DNA of 64,000 nucleotides from Octopus vulgaris (lineage: Eukaryota). The stretch lies in NCBI GenBank assembly GCA_951406725.2, contig OX597841.1, forward strand, positions 14,074,001-14,138,000, written 5' to 3'. The position numbers and the translations under genes are program-made. Below are positions 47,613 to 61,850 of this stretch, piece after piece; position 1 is the first letter of the stretch; the number at the start of each line of letters is the position of its first letter. The notes beneath the pieces are model-generated. The model searched no databases, had not been told where the DNA came from, and worked only from the letters and a program-made list of their open reading frames with translations.

Positions 47613-48377
47613 GGTGCAGGCTTGGCTGTGTGGTAAGAAGCTTGCTTCTCAACCACGTGGTTCCGGGTTCAGTCCCACTGCATGGCACCTTGGGCCAGTG
47701 TCTTCTACTATAGCCTCAGGTGACCAAAGTCTTGTAAGTGGATCTGGTAGATGGAGATTGAAAGAAGCCTGTCGTATATATATATGTGTGTGTGTGTATG
47801 TGTGTGTTCCCACATCGTTTGACAACCAATGTTGGTATGTTTACATCCTGTAACTTAGCGATTCGGCAAAGGAAACTGACAGAATAAGTACTATGCTTAT
47901 AAAGAATAAGTCCTGGGGTCAATTTGTTCAACTAAAGGTAGTGCTCCAGCATGGCCGCAGTCAAATGACTGAAACAAGTGAAAGAATAAAAATATATATA
48001 TTCATTCTTTTATTCTTTTACTGTGGCCATGCTGGAGCACCACCTTTAAAGGGTTTTAGTTGAGGAAATCAGCCCTAGGACTTTCTTTTTTGTAGGCCTA
48101 GTACTTCTTATATTAGTCTTTTTTGCTGTGAACCGCTAAGTTATGGGGACATAAACACACCAGCATCAGTTGTCAAGTGATGGTGGGGGCACAGACAGAC
48201 AGACACACACACACACAAATATATACAAGTGGTTGGCGTTAGGAAGGGCATCCAGGAAGGGCATCCAGTCGTAGAAAACCATGCCAAATCCGACTGGAGT
48301 CTGGTGCAGCCTGGTCAAACCATCCAACCTATTCCAGCATGGATAACGGATGTTAAATGATGATGATGATACACATG

Positions 48378-48920
48378 TTAGTTAGTTAGTTAGTTAATTT
48401 TGGCTCAAAAAGCAAAAAAGCAAGGCCATGTAGGGGGACATGGAGTTATGTACAGGGTGGTGTTCATGTAAAGAGTTCAGGCCACTTGTGGTCAAGAGAG
48501 ACTTTGAACCGAGCGGTCGTCGGCATCTTCACTATCTCGTCCGGCAGCTTATTCCACGGATCCGCAACCCGGTCGGAGAAAGCCCCTCTCCTTCGATTGA
48601 GATGAAATCGTCGAAGATAGAGCTTTTCGGAGTGACCCCGCAGCCGACGCTCTGGAGCAGGAGTGAAGAACAGCTCCTTCGAGAGGTTACACTTTCTGCT
48701 TATGATGTTGTGAGCAAGAATGAGATCACCACGGCGGCAGCGTTTTTCTAGAGAATAAAGGTTGTGCGTCTTCAGCCTTTCTTCATAAGACAAATTCTTG
48801 AGACCAAGAACCATGCAGGTAGCCAGCTTCTGGACTCTTTTGAGATGCTGTATGTCTTTGAGGAGATAAGGAGAAGAGGCTTGAATCCCGTACTCCAATA
48901 TGGGTCTCACCAGCGTGACA
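48378..48920 (-). mobile_element. CR1-like LINE 3' fragment
   Basis: YVTLVRPILEYG...VQKLAT...LSYEERL...RGDLI...RGHSEKL...WNKLP and (TAAC)n tail. Confidence 0.88.
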
Positions 48921-49631
48921 TAGAGCGGGCTTCTTTCAGTTTCCGTCTTCCAAATCCACTCACAAGGCTTTGATCGGCCTGAGGCTATTGTAGAAGACAC
49001 TTGCCCAAGGTGCCATGCATTTGGACCGAACTCGGAACCATGTGGTTTGCAAAGCAAGCTTCCTACCACACAGCCACGCCGGCACCTAAAGATAAATATT
49101 CAGCTAATGTTTGTATTATTAAGAGGAATCTGTGTCAGAAACAATTGATTAGAAGATAAGAGGGATGTGTCGGTGGGGAGCGGGGTGCACATTGTGGAGG
49201 TTGGGGTTCAGAGCTTGTGGACAAAGTGTAGTTTTGATTTTCTTTGGAGTCCTTCTTTTGTTTACACTGTTTTCGTTGATTGTGTGACTCATACCTTTGT
49301 TAATTCGCTATTGATAACACAGATTACTTAAACGAGGCACAATGGACGCACGCGGGGGTTAAGGTTCTTCCTGGTATCTCGTTGCTATTCTGCCTCGTGT
49401 ACTCGTGAGTGGCGTTACCCCCACCCACACTTTTGTAGCTGCTTGGTTCAAGTGGTGCGGAGGATGCATTCTGGGTGCAGGTGCGGCCAAACAGCCACAT
49501 GTGTTTCCTTTGTAGTCATATGGTTGCTAGAGGTTCAATCCCACAGCAAGTCACCTTGATTGAATAACTGTTTGCTTTTGACCAGTGTGTGTGTGTGTGT
49601 ATATGTTTGTGTGTATAATTATGTGTGTATA

Positions 49632-49671
<40 letters not shown>

Positions 49672-49733
49672 GCCATGTTGGATCGTTAGCCCCTACACGG
49701 AATTTTTTTCTCCCCTTGTTTCTTTTCTGTGTA

Positions 49734-49771
49734 TCTTTCTGTCGAAGTGCGTAGGCTCGAAACGTAAAAGA
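49734..49771 (+). ncRNA. Putative minimal hammerhead, variant core CUGUCGA, in a ~200-bp element between (TA)n runs
   Basis: TCTTT-CTGTCGA-A-GTGC gtag GCTC-GAAA-CG-TA-AAAGA; 5-bp stem I, palindromic ACGT stem III, GUA triplet. Confidence 0.58.
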
Positions 49772-51594
49772 CTTGTTCTATTTCTATTCCTGAGCGCCAT
49801 ACTAATACAATTGTTTGTTTGTACTCCACCTGCATTCGTCTTTTGTTTATTTTCGTAAACCTTCCCGTTATATATATATTTTTATATATATATATATATA
49901 TATATACACATCATCATCATTGTTTAACATCCGCTCTCCATGCTAGCATGGGTTGGATGGTTCAACTGGGGTCTGGGAAGCCAGGAGGCTGCACCAGGCC
50001 CAGTCTGATCTGGCAGTATTTCTACAGCTGGATGCCCTTCCTAACGCCAACCACTCCGTGAGTGTAGTGGGTGCTTTTCATGTGCCAGACAGGCTGGCAA
50101 ATGGCCACGATCGAATGGTGCTTTTTATGTGCCACCGGCACGGAGGCCAGGCAAGGCTGGCAATGGCCATGATCGGATGGTGCTTTTTACGTGCCACTGG
50201 CATGGAGGCCAGTCAGGGCAGCGCTGGCAACGGCCACATTCGGATGGTTCGCTTACGAGCCACCGGCACTGGTATCACAGCTACAATTTCCATTGATCTT
50301 GATTGATTTGATTTTGATTTTTTTCACTTGCCTCAACAGGTCTTCACTAGTAGAGTTTTGTGTCCCAAGAAAGGAAAGGTATGCATAAGTGGACTGGCTA
50401 CATCCCAGTGTAAAGGCCACGGGTTATGGTCTCACTTGTCTTGCCGGGTCTTCTCGCGCACAGCATAATTCCAAAGGTCTTGGTCTCTAGTCATTTCTTC
50501 GAGACTGAGTCCTTTGGAAGTACATATATATATATATATATATATATATCATCATCATCATCATCATCGTTTAGCGTCCGTTTTCCATGCTAGCATGGGT
50601 TGGACGGGTCAACTGGGGTCTGTGAAGCTGGAAGGCTTCGTCAGGCCCAGTCAGATCTGGCAGTGTTTCTACGGCTGGATGCCCTTCCTAACGCCAACCA
50701 CTCCGCGAGTGTAGTAATATATATATATATATACACACACACACATATGTATGTATGTTTGTATATGTGTGTATATATGTATGTGAAGGCACGTGGCTTA
50801 ATGGTTAGGGCATTCGGCTCACGATCGTAATGTCGTGAGTTCAATTCCTGGCGATGTGTTGTCTCCTTGAGCAAGACACTTTATTTCACGTTGCTCCAGT
50901 CTACTCAGCTGGCAAAAATGAGTTGTGCCTGTATTTCAAAGGGGCCAGCCTCGTCACACTCTGTGTCACGCTGAATCTCCCTGAGGACTAAGTTAAGGGT
51001 ACACGTGTCTGTGGAGTGCTCAACCACTTGCATGTTAATTTCACGAAGTTGTCTGTGTGTGGCAGGTTTGGTAGCCTTCAACTAACACTATCTCCTCCGA
51101 GACCCTGCGGTGCAAGTTGACCAAAATTGAGAGTATGATAGAAGAAAGCTTGCTCTTCCTTCCGTAGAAGAAAAAATTCAAATCGGACCATGTTAACACC
51201 AAAAATTATTTACATCAAAAAGGTGCTGTTTTTCAATGAAAAATCTCTATTTTTTATGATTTTTTTACTGCTGTGTCGCCATTTTCCGGTGTATTTCAAC
51301 CAGAAAAATGTTCACTTAAAGAGAATAACAAGCTACATAATGCAGAATTTTTACTTTTCAAGAATTCCAATTCTAAAGGGTCGAAACAAACCCGAGCAAC
51401 GCCGGGCGATATTGCTAGTAGAAGATAAAATGGAAGTAAAGAAAAATAAACATTATTTTTCATGTTAATGTTAGTTATTTAATGGTTTATTATTGTTTAG
51501 ATTTTGAATTACATATATATGGGGGGGGGGGGGCACTGAAATCTTTTAAGTGGTTAGGGTCTCTATGGGTCTTAATCAGGCCCTGCTATAGCTG

Positions 51595-51628
<34 letters not shown>

Positions 51629-51949
51629 GACTACTACTCCCCTTCCTCCCACCTCTATCATTATTCCTCCTCCTCTTTCTGTGTGTGCTATAAATGCTAC
51701 TATTTCCACATAGACATGTAGGTCTGCCGCTGCTGCTGCTGCTGCTGCTGCTACTACTACACTGAAAGACAGGTGCTGCTACGTACATGTGTGGTTATTA
51801 ATGACTGCATATGCACAACTTTAGTGGTACAGTAGTAGTAAGCCTACTACCACTGCACACACATTCGCATGCATGCACAGAACAGCTGCCTCATGCACAC
51901 ACACTGCACAGTTACTATACATGCAGACTCAGAATTACTACTACTACTA

Positions 51950-52014
51950 TGCACACTACAACTCTCTCTCTCTCTCTCTCTCTCCCTCTCACACTCACTC
52001 ACACACAGCAACCA

Positions 52015-52047
<33 letters not shown>

Positions 52048-52121
52048 GCTCTCTCACATAGAGCAACTATTTCAGACATGCACACAATCTCCCTCTTCCT
52101 CTCTCTCTCTTTCTCTCTCAC

Positions 52122-52156
<35 letters not shown>

Positions 52157-52178
52157 CACAAAGACACACACAGAGAAA

Positions 52179-52244
<66 letters not shown>

Positions 52245-52250
52245 GAGAAA

Positions 52251-52283
<33 letters not shown>

Positions 52284-52322
52284 AAACTCACACACACACA
52301 CACAAAGACACACACAGAGAAA

Positions 52323-52354
<32 letters not shown>

Positions 52355-52392
52355 AACTCACACACACACACACAAAGACACACACAGAGAAA

Positions 52393-52448
<56 letters not shown>

Positions 52449-52464
52449 GACACACACAGAGAAA

Positions 52465-52498
<34 letters not shown>

Positions 52499-52980
52499 AA
52501 CTCACACACACACACACAAAGACACACACAGAGAACTCTCTCTCTCACACACACACACACACAACCATTTCACACACACACACACACACACACACAACTC
52601 TCTCACTCACACACACACACACAGCAACTATCTCACACACATACACACAACAGCTATTCACACACACACACACACACACACACAGCAACTATCTCTCTCT
52701 CACACATGCACACACACAGCAGCTATTACACACACACACACACACAGCAACTATCTCACACACACACACACAACAACCATCACAAACACACACACGCACC
52801 TACAGCAATCATCATACACACACACAGAGCAACCATCGCATACACACACACACACACACACAGCAACCATTTCACACACACAACACACAACCATCTCACA
52901 CACACACACACACACAATTATCTCTCTCTCTGTCTCACATACATACAACTATCTCACACACGGCTATTTCACACACGAAC
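51950..52980. repeat. Compound (CA)n/(CT)n minisatellite
   Basis: Repeating cacacagagaaactctctctc(ac)n units. Confidence 0.9.
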
Positions 52981-54184
52981 CCATACTACTTCCTATACAG
53001 ATGGCTTCATATTTTACATTCTGCTGCTATTCTCTGCCCCCCCCCCCAGCACTTCAACCACCCCTCCACCAACCATGGCTCTTTCACTACAACAACAACA
53101 ATACTAAGTAGCACCTGCTAAATCCATGCCCACTTCTCCTTATCAACTACCACCACCCCTGCTCAATGACATACACAGACACTTTCAGTTTATTACACGT
53201 CTTTTCCTTCCTCTCGTCTCTGTGGTTCATTCTCTCTCTCTGTCCATGTTTGTAGCTTCCTTTTACTCATTGCCTGCCACCAAGCTTAGTATGTGCACTC
53301 GTATATCTTATAGTATTTCTCTCTTCTCTATCATGTAAAATATGACTAGAGAAATCAACAGAACCAACAACTGTAGTGTCATATAAATGATTGTGTGTGT
53401 GTGTGTGTGTATGTTGAAGTGAAAATGGTACTCCCTTTCTCATGTGACAAAGTGGTATGACCCAGTCACTATAAAGTCACTGTAGGAGGTCAGTAGTAGT
53501 AGTCATTGTATGAGTTCTAAGTTGCTGTCAGTATCTGTTACATGATATATACGTGTTCAAGGTACCATCAAGGTAGACATTTCAAAGTCCTTGTCCTGCG
53601 GAGCTGTCAGCGATAGCACAATAGATGAATCTAAGATCAGATGCAGGGATACAGCCACAAGGATATTACAGTGCCGACAACATACAAGTGTATGTGTGAG
53701 TGTATATACAGAAGTGTATGTCTATGTATACATACATGTATGTTTGTGTGTATATATAGAAAGTGTATGTCTGTAGGTATAGATACATGTATGTGTGTGT
53801 ATTCTTTTACTTGTTTCAGTAATTTGACTGTGGCCATGCTGGAGCACCACCTTTAGGTCGAACAAATCGATTCCAGGACTTATTCTTTGTAAGTCTAGTA
53901 CTTATTCTGTCGAACTCTTTTGCCGAGCCGCTAAGTTACAGGGATGTGAACACACCAACTTTGGTTGTCAAGTGATGGTGGGGGGACAAACACAGACACA
54001 TACATACACACACAGACACACACACACACACACGACAGGCTTCTTTCAGTTTCTGTCTATCAAATCCACTTTGATGGCTTTGGTTGGCCTGAGGCTATAG
54101 TAGAAGGCACTTGCCCAAGATGTCACGTAGTGGGACTGAACCCGGATATATATATATATATTCACATACACACACACTCATATA

Positions 54185-55050
54185 CAGTGGTTGGACAAAC
54201 TTATAGAAACCCCTTAAATTTTCAAACAAATTTATTGTTAATATGGACTAGGACTGCCTTTGGCAATAATTACAGCTTAGATTCTATGAAGTACAGACTT
54301 GTACAAAGTTTGAATTGTTTCCAAAGGAATTTTTGTCCATTCTTCAGCTAAAACAGTCTCCAGTTCTTGTAGTGAGGATGATGGAGGATATCGACTCCTT
54401 GTTTTTCTAAAATGCACCATAAATGTTCAATAATATTGAGATCTGGGGACTGTGGTGGCCAGATAAGATGTTCAACTTCACTAGAATGTTCTTCATGCCA
54501 TTCAGTAACAACTTTAGCTGTGTGAATTGGTGCATTATCATCCTGAAAGATTGTGTTTCCCTCTGGAAACAGTTCTGCAACCATAGGATGAATTTGATCA
54601 GATAAAATGCTTAAATAGTCTTGACTGTTAATTCTGCCATGAAGGGAAACCATTGGACCGGTGGATTTCCAAGATATAGCCCTCCACTAGCACCAGATCA
54701 TCACAGATTTCCGTCATTTTTTAACAGCTAGAAGAAGACAGTCTGGGTCAAATGCTTCCTTTGGCTGTCTCCACACGTATACTCGGCCGGTGGTCAGAAA
54801 TAAGGTAAAGGATGACCCGTCCCACTGCTCTAGGGACCCGTTCTGTGGTTTTTACTCCACTCTAAACACTTTGCAATGTTTGGTTTTGAAAGTAGTGGTT
54901 TTTCTGATTGCAGCCCTCCCGTGAAATCTGACTTTGTGCAGCTCCTGGCAAACAGTTTTTGTGGAAACTGGGTTCTCAAAGTGGTCATTAAGCTCTGCAA
55001 TAATTTTAAGATCTGTACTTTTGTGATCCTCTTTCTCAAAATACTTGCCT
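54185..55050 (-). mobile_element. Tc1-family transposon remnant with frameshifted DD34E-type transposase
   Basis: IFQDDNAPIH...WPPQSPDLNIIEHLW motifs; upstream HTH fragment (ELNDHFENPVSTKTVCQELHK..FHGRAAIRK); ta|CAGTGG terminus at 54185; other end missing. Confidence 0.9.
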
Positions 55051-56149
55051 AAGGGGCCAACACCAAAACAGACTTCCTTACCCAGAACAGCCATATTTGC
55101 ATCACCATCACCACCACCACCAACAAATGGTCAAGACTAGCAACTGTTATGCTCTGGCTAAGTCCACCTTGTCCATCCAGTCCCAGCTGTGGAGCCAACA
55201 GCAGGGAATCTGGACATTGGTGGTGTTGGGGAAGGGCGTCCAGCCTGTTCATTGTGTGTCTGGACTGTGTCGTGTCATGGTCAAGTAAGCCGGGATGGGG
55301 ACTGATGAATGAAGTGGTACGGTGGAGGCGTGGTGTCCTCTGTTGGTTGTTGGCCTTGAGGGTCAGGGCTACTGCAGCCTCGACTACTACTGCTATTGTT
55401 GCATTTGTTGGCCTTGAGGGTCGTGGGACCCGCTTGGACAGAACTGGTTGGATTGGAAGAGGTGGGGCTTTATGCAGCAACCATCCTCAACTACTGCCAC
55501 CACCACCACCACCACCACTACTAGCCACTACTACTACTATCGCCACCACTACTACTACCGCCGCCACCACTACTACTACTACCACCACCTCTACTATTAT
55601 TACTACAACCACTACTACTGTCGCCACCACCACTACTATTATTACTACAACCACTACTACTGTCGCCACCACCACTACTACTATTACTACAACCACTACT
55701 ACTGTCGCCACCACCACTACTACTATTACTACAACCACGACCACTACTACCGCAGCTACCACCCCCCACTACTACCACCACCACCACCATGAATACAATA
55801 TTTACTACACTTACTACTACTGCTGCTGATACTACTACTACTAAAACTGCAGTTACTACTGCTACTGCTGTGACTTCCACTGCTACTACTACTACTACTA
55901 CTATTTCTATTGCTTCTGCTACAGCTACTAAGACTGCTGCTGCTACTACTACCACCACCACCACCACCACCACTGCTATTGTTTTCTAAGGGAGTCTGTA
56001 AAGTAACATGAATGTCAGTCAAGCAGGGGAGAAGGAAAGGGAACCTCCACGACCCCCACCTCGCCTTCTGTCTGTGTGTCACCAGAACAATTTGATATCA
56101 CTGCATTTCATCTGATACCACCACCACCACCACCACCACCACCACCAAC

Positions 56150-57065
56150 AGGAGGCAATGAGGGGAAGCCTCTACATGGTAGCCGAACCGGGAAGAAATA
56201 GCAGCCAAATTTCCTATTGATTCAATCCCTGCTGTTAACTGTATGTATATATGTATGTATATGCATTTATGAGCCAATGAGGGAGACCTCTGCATGCCAG
56301 CTAGACCTGGTTGAAATAGCAGCCAAATCTCCCTCAAATCACACCCTACTGTCTTATGTATGTATGTATATATGTATGTATGAGCCAATGAGGGAGACCT
56401 CTACATGGTAGCTAGAGCTGGTAGAAATAGCAGCCAAATCTCCCTCAAATCACACCCTACTGTCTTATCTATGTATATATGTATGTATGAGCCAATGAGG
56501 GAGACCTCTACATGGTAGCTAGACCTGGTAGAAATAGCAGCCAAATCTCCCTCAAATCACACCCTACTGTCTTATGTATGTATGAGCCAATGAGGGAGAC
56601 CTCTGCATGCCAAATCTCCCTCAAATCACACCCTACTGTCTTATGTATGTATGTATATATGTATGTATGAGCCAATGAGGGAGACCTCTACATGGTAGCT
56701 AGAGCTGGTAGAAATAGCAGCCAAATCTCCCTCAAATCACATCCTACTGTCTTATGTATGTATGTATATATGTATGTATGAGCCAATGAGGGAGACCTCT
56801 ACATGGTAGCTAGACCTGGTTGAAATAGCAGCCAAATCTTCCTCAAATCACACCCTACTGTCTTATCTATGTATATATGTATGTATGAGCCAATGAGGGA
56901 GACCTACATGGTAGCTAGACCTGGTAGAAATAGCAGCCAAATCTTCCTCAAATCACACCCTACTGTCTTATGTATGTATGAGCCAATGAAGGAGACCTCT
57001 ACATGGCAGCTAGACCTGGTAGAAATAGTAGCCAAATCTCCCTCAAGTCACACCCTAATGTCTTA
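56150..57065. repeat. ~110-120-bp tandem repeat (~8 units)
   Basis: gagccaatgagggagacctctacatggtagctagacctggtagaaatagcagccaaatctccctcaaatcacaccctactgtctta(tgta)n. Confidence 0.9.
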
Positions 57066-57652
57066 ATCTCTGTATATATGTATGGTCTGCTAAGTTAAGG
57101 GGATGTAAACAAACCTACACCAGTTGTCAAGCGGTAGTTGGAGACCAACACAGACACCTAGTCGGCTTCTTTCAGCTTCCGTCTACTGAATCCATTCATA
57201 AGTCTTTGGTTGGCCCAGGGCTATAGTAAAAGACACTTGTCCAAGGTGGGATTGAACCAAGAACAATCTCTTGTAGCCTCAATGAGGCCATCACTGCGAC
57301 CACCAGCACCACCATTGCCACATCTAATCACTGCAGCATTTGATAATGTGACATTAAGATTGGTAATGCCTGAAAAAAGAAATTCTCAGGGTAGTGGTCA
57401 TGGATGGAATTGTTGTTGATTTTGAGGTCTACTCGATGAGGATTGGCCTGAGGTTAAGCAGCCAACCGCCACCCCCCTCTCACACGACCACCAACACTGT
57501 TATCATCATTGTTACCATACTGCTAATGACTGAAAAATTAAGTAAACTTTGGGGTGGTCGCAGATGGAATGTCTTCAATTCGAAGTATAATGGATCAGGG
57601 TGAGGATTGACCTGGTGGGTTGTAACATTCTGATTATGGCACTGGATATATA

Positions 57653-57693
<41 letters not shown>

Positions 57694-59935
57694 TATAGGA
57701 GCAGGAGTGGCTGTGTGGTAAGTAGCTTGTTTACCAACCACATGGTTCCGGGTTCAGTCCCACTGCGTGGCATCTTGGGCAAGTGTCTTCTGCTATAGCC
57801 CCGGGCCGACCAATGCCTTGTGAGTGGATTTGGTAGACGGAAACTGAAAGAAGCCTGTCGTATATATGTTTATATATATATATATACATGTATGTGTGTG
57901 TGTGTGTGTTTGTCCCCCTAGCATTGCTTGACAACTGATGCTGGTGTGTTTATGTCCCCGTCACTTAGCGGTTCGGCAAAAGAGACCGATAGAATAAGTA
58001 CTGAGCTTACAAAAAGAATAAGTCCCCGGGTCGATTTGCTCGATTAAAGGCGGTGCTCCAGCATGGCCGCAGTCAAAATGACTGAAACAAGTAAAAGAGC
58101 ATATATATGTTTGTGTGTCTGTGTTTGTCTCCACACCATCGCTTGACAACCAAAGCTAAGTCCCTGTGACTTAGCGGTTCGGCAAAAAGAGACCGAGAGA
58201 ATACGTACCAGGCTTGCAAAGAGTAAGTCCTGGGGTCGATGTGGATGTGTTCGAACATGGCTGCAGTCGAACGACTGAAAGGAATAAAAGAATAAATTCC
58301 ACTCCACTCCACTCAGCTTCCACTCCACTCCACTCCACTCCACTCAGCCTTCACTCGAGCTTGTAATGCATTGAAAAACAAAAAGAAAAAAAAAATGACT
58401 CACTGGCTCCAGCCCCACCCCCAGCCCCACCCCCACCCCCAGCCCCACCCCCAGCCCTCCTTTCACCGCTGCTTCCATTGATTGATTCATTCATTAGTTT
58501 GCCCTTGTATCTCTTGTTGCTAGCTCTGAGGGATAGGGGGGGGGGGCAGAGGGAAGCCTGTTTGTTTGTGTGACACACAGACAGATATCTAAGGGAGAGA
58601 AGAAAAAAAACCCTGTCTTTGTTAATTTTTCTCTCTCTCTCTCTCTCTCTCTCTTTCCCTCTCAGTATAGTGGATTGCTTTGGTTTTTTGAGGGTTTGAA
58701 TCCCTTAGAATCGAAAAGGTAGTTGTATATTTTTTGGGGGACTAGTAAGAGAGAGAGAGAAAGATAGAGATGGATGGATAAATAAATGCATTAACAGGGG
58801 GCTGGATGGATGAATATACTTGAATGAATGAGTAAACAGCTGGATGGATGGATGGATAGACAAACAGACAGACAGATATAGCTATAGATAGATAGACAGG
58901 CAGACAGATAAATGGGTAGGTGGATAGCTAGCTAGTGAGATAGATAGATATAGTTAGAGATATAGTTAGAGATAGATGGAGATAGATAGGTAGGTAGATA
59001 GATAGATGGATGGATAGATAGGTAGATAGATAGGTAGGTAGATAGATACATAGGTGGATAGATAGGTAGATGGATGAATAGATGGGTAGATAGGTAGATA
59101 AGTTTCTTTATTGGCCACACAGGGCTGCACACAGATGGGACAAGTTACAAGGTAGAGCTTTTCTTTTGGGGGAGAAAAAAAAAAGGTGGCGTAGGTTTTC
59201 GATCAAAAGGGATCGTAAAAGGGGTAGATAGGTAGATAGATGGATAGATAGGTAGATAGATGGATAGATAGACAGATAGATAGGTAGATAGATAGATAAA
59301 TAGACAGATAGATAGGTAGATAGATGGATAGATAGATAGATAGATGGATAGGTAGATAGATGGATAGATAGGTAGACTGATATAGTTGAAAATAGATAGG
59401 TAGATCTAGTTGGAGGTAGATAGGTAGGTGGGTATAAATAAATGGATGCATTTCAGTGTTTCTCAATCGTTTTTTGCCTGCGGACTTCCTTTGGTTTCTA
59501 TTTTTCGCTGATGGACCCGCCAAGGCACTCGAGGTTCCAAAAGTCCTATTATATCTTTTAGCAATATATTGTGCATCGTAAGGGTTATGACCAATTTATT
59601 GCGGAAGGGAACAGTTGTATGATTCTCGAGGGGGCTAGTAAGAGAGACCCTCGACAGATAAAGATATGGATGGATAAATAGATGTGTAAACAGATAAAGG
59701 AGTAGATAGGTACCTGGATGGCTGAATAAACACCTGGGTGGATGGATAGATTGATAGGTATAAATGGATGTTATAGGTGCAGGAGTGGCTGTGTGGTAAG
59801 TAGCTTGCTAACCAACCACATGGTTCCGGGTTCAGACCCACTGCGTGGCACCTTGGGCAAGTGTCTTCTGCTATAGCCCCAGGCCGACCAATGCCTTGTG
59901 AGTGGATTTGGTAGATGGAAACTGAAAGAAGCCTG

Positions 59936-59979
<44 letters not shown>

Positions 59980-61483
59980 TTGTGTGTCTGTGTTTGTACC
60001 CCCTAGCATTGCTTGACAGCCGATGCTGGTGTGTTTACGTCCCCGTCACTTAGCGGTTCGGCAAAAAGACCGATAGAATAAGTACTGGGCTTACAAAGAA
60101 TAAGTCCCGGGGTCGATTTGCTCAACTAAAGGCGGTGCTCCAGCATGGCCGCAGTCAAATGACAGAAACAAGTAAAAGAGTGTCTTGTGACTATTTTTTT
60201 GTCTTTGAACCCTCTTTTTTGATGTTTAAAAAATCCCTTTGTTTTTAGAAGTAAATATTACTGGGATACATTTTGTGTATTGTAAAAGTTTGACCAATTT
60301 ATTGTAGATAAAGTCTTATCTGGCTCCCTGCGAGGAGGGCCATATGGAAACATCCTGGTTGTGAAACAATGATATAAATAGCCCCGTTAAACAGATGGCT
60401 AGATATAAAGGAGATAGCTGTCCCCCTGTTTCTCTGTAGCTACTTGAGTCTGGGGGGGGGGGGCTGCAGTTTTCTCATTTGTATCTCTTGTTGCTGGCTG
60501 TGTGTGTAGTGGTGTTGGAAACTAGTTGTTAGTAACTTACAGATGGATCCAGGGAGACCCTCCCACCTCTCTCCCTCCCCCTTCCCCCTCTCTCCAGTGC
60601 CTGCTTTCCTCCAGGAGGGACAACAGTGTTATGTATTGATGCAGTTGGATGGTACATCTTTGATCATTAATCTACTGGATCAAGCCTGACCTGGGGTTAA
60701 ATTGCAAAAAAAAAAAACCCAACAACAATGGCCTTAATAAATAACATAGTTCTAGAGACATCATCATTCAATGTCCCTGTCCCAGGCTGGCATGGGTTGG
60801 ACGGTTTGACATAGGGGTCCAAAGACGGCATCAAGCTCCAATCTTGATCTGGCAGAGTTTCTACAGCTAGATGCCCTTCCTAATGCCAACCACTCTGAGA
60901 GTGTAGTGGGTACTTTTATGTGCACCGGTACGAGGGCCACTCAGGTGGTACTGGCAATGGTCACGCTCAAAAGTTTTTTTTTTTATGTGCCACCTTTATG
61001 GGAGCCAGTCCAGTGGCACTGGCAACAACCATGCTCGGATGTTGTTTTTCATGTGCTGGTAAGGAACGCTGGCAACGATGACACTCGAATGATACTTTTA
61101 GTTGAGCAAATCGACCCCGTAACGATCAATTTCGGCCCTTGTAACGATCAATTTCTGTGGTCACATAGTGTTATAGATTGTCATGCCAACCCAGTCTGGG
61201 CCCTCTCTTTGAACTCTCCTTTCCACACCCCTTTAAGCTATATAAAAGGAAACAATCTATTTCACAGGGCCACAGACTGTGCACAGATCACAGCTATAGG
61301 TCACTTATGGCACTGAGGTATAAAGAGTATGAAAGGCCACCAGGATCATAAAAGAGGCCTTCATGTTTGAGGGATGAAACAAAATTGAACATCCACTGAA
61401 GGTAACCATGGGGAACTTGTACTCCTGTGAAGAGGAATGGTCCCTTTGTTAATAGGAATGATTGCTCTGTCTGCCAGAATGGT

Positions 61484-61850
61484 TCCTCTCTCAGCAGGTG
61501 TTGTTCCTCTCTTGGCAGGAATTGTCTCTCTCTCGGCAGGAATTATCCTTCTCTCGGTAGGAATTATCCCTCTTTCGGCAAGAATTGTCCCTCTGTCGGC
61601 AGGAATTGTCCCTCTCTCAGCAGGAATTGTCCCTCTGTCGGCAAGAATTGTCCCTCTCTCGGCAGGAATTGTTCCTCTCTCGGCAGAAATTGTCCCTCTT
61701 TTGGCAAGAATTGTCCCTCTCTCGGCAGGAATTGTCCCTCTCTCGACAGGAATTGTCCCTCCCTTGGCAGGAATTGTCCCTCTCTCGGCAGGAATTGTCC
61801 CTCTCTCGGCAGGAATTGTTCCTCTCTCGGCAAGAATTATCCCTCTGTTG
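61484..61850. repeat. 21-bp minisatellite GGCAGGAATTGTCCCTCTCTC
   Basis: About 17 units at 21-nt spacing. Confidence 0.92.

Noticed and set aside
50787-50850. tRNA-like sequence
   Set aside because: Head of a tRNA-derived SINE; the acceptor stem does not close and it continues into repeat body.
55049-55480. 143-aa minus-strand ORF near a GTAAGG donor-like site
   Set aside because: No recognisable domain, no clear start or acceptor, embedded in low-complexity DNA; cannot be supported as an exon.
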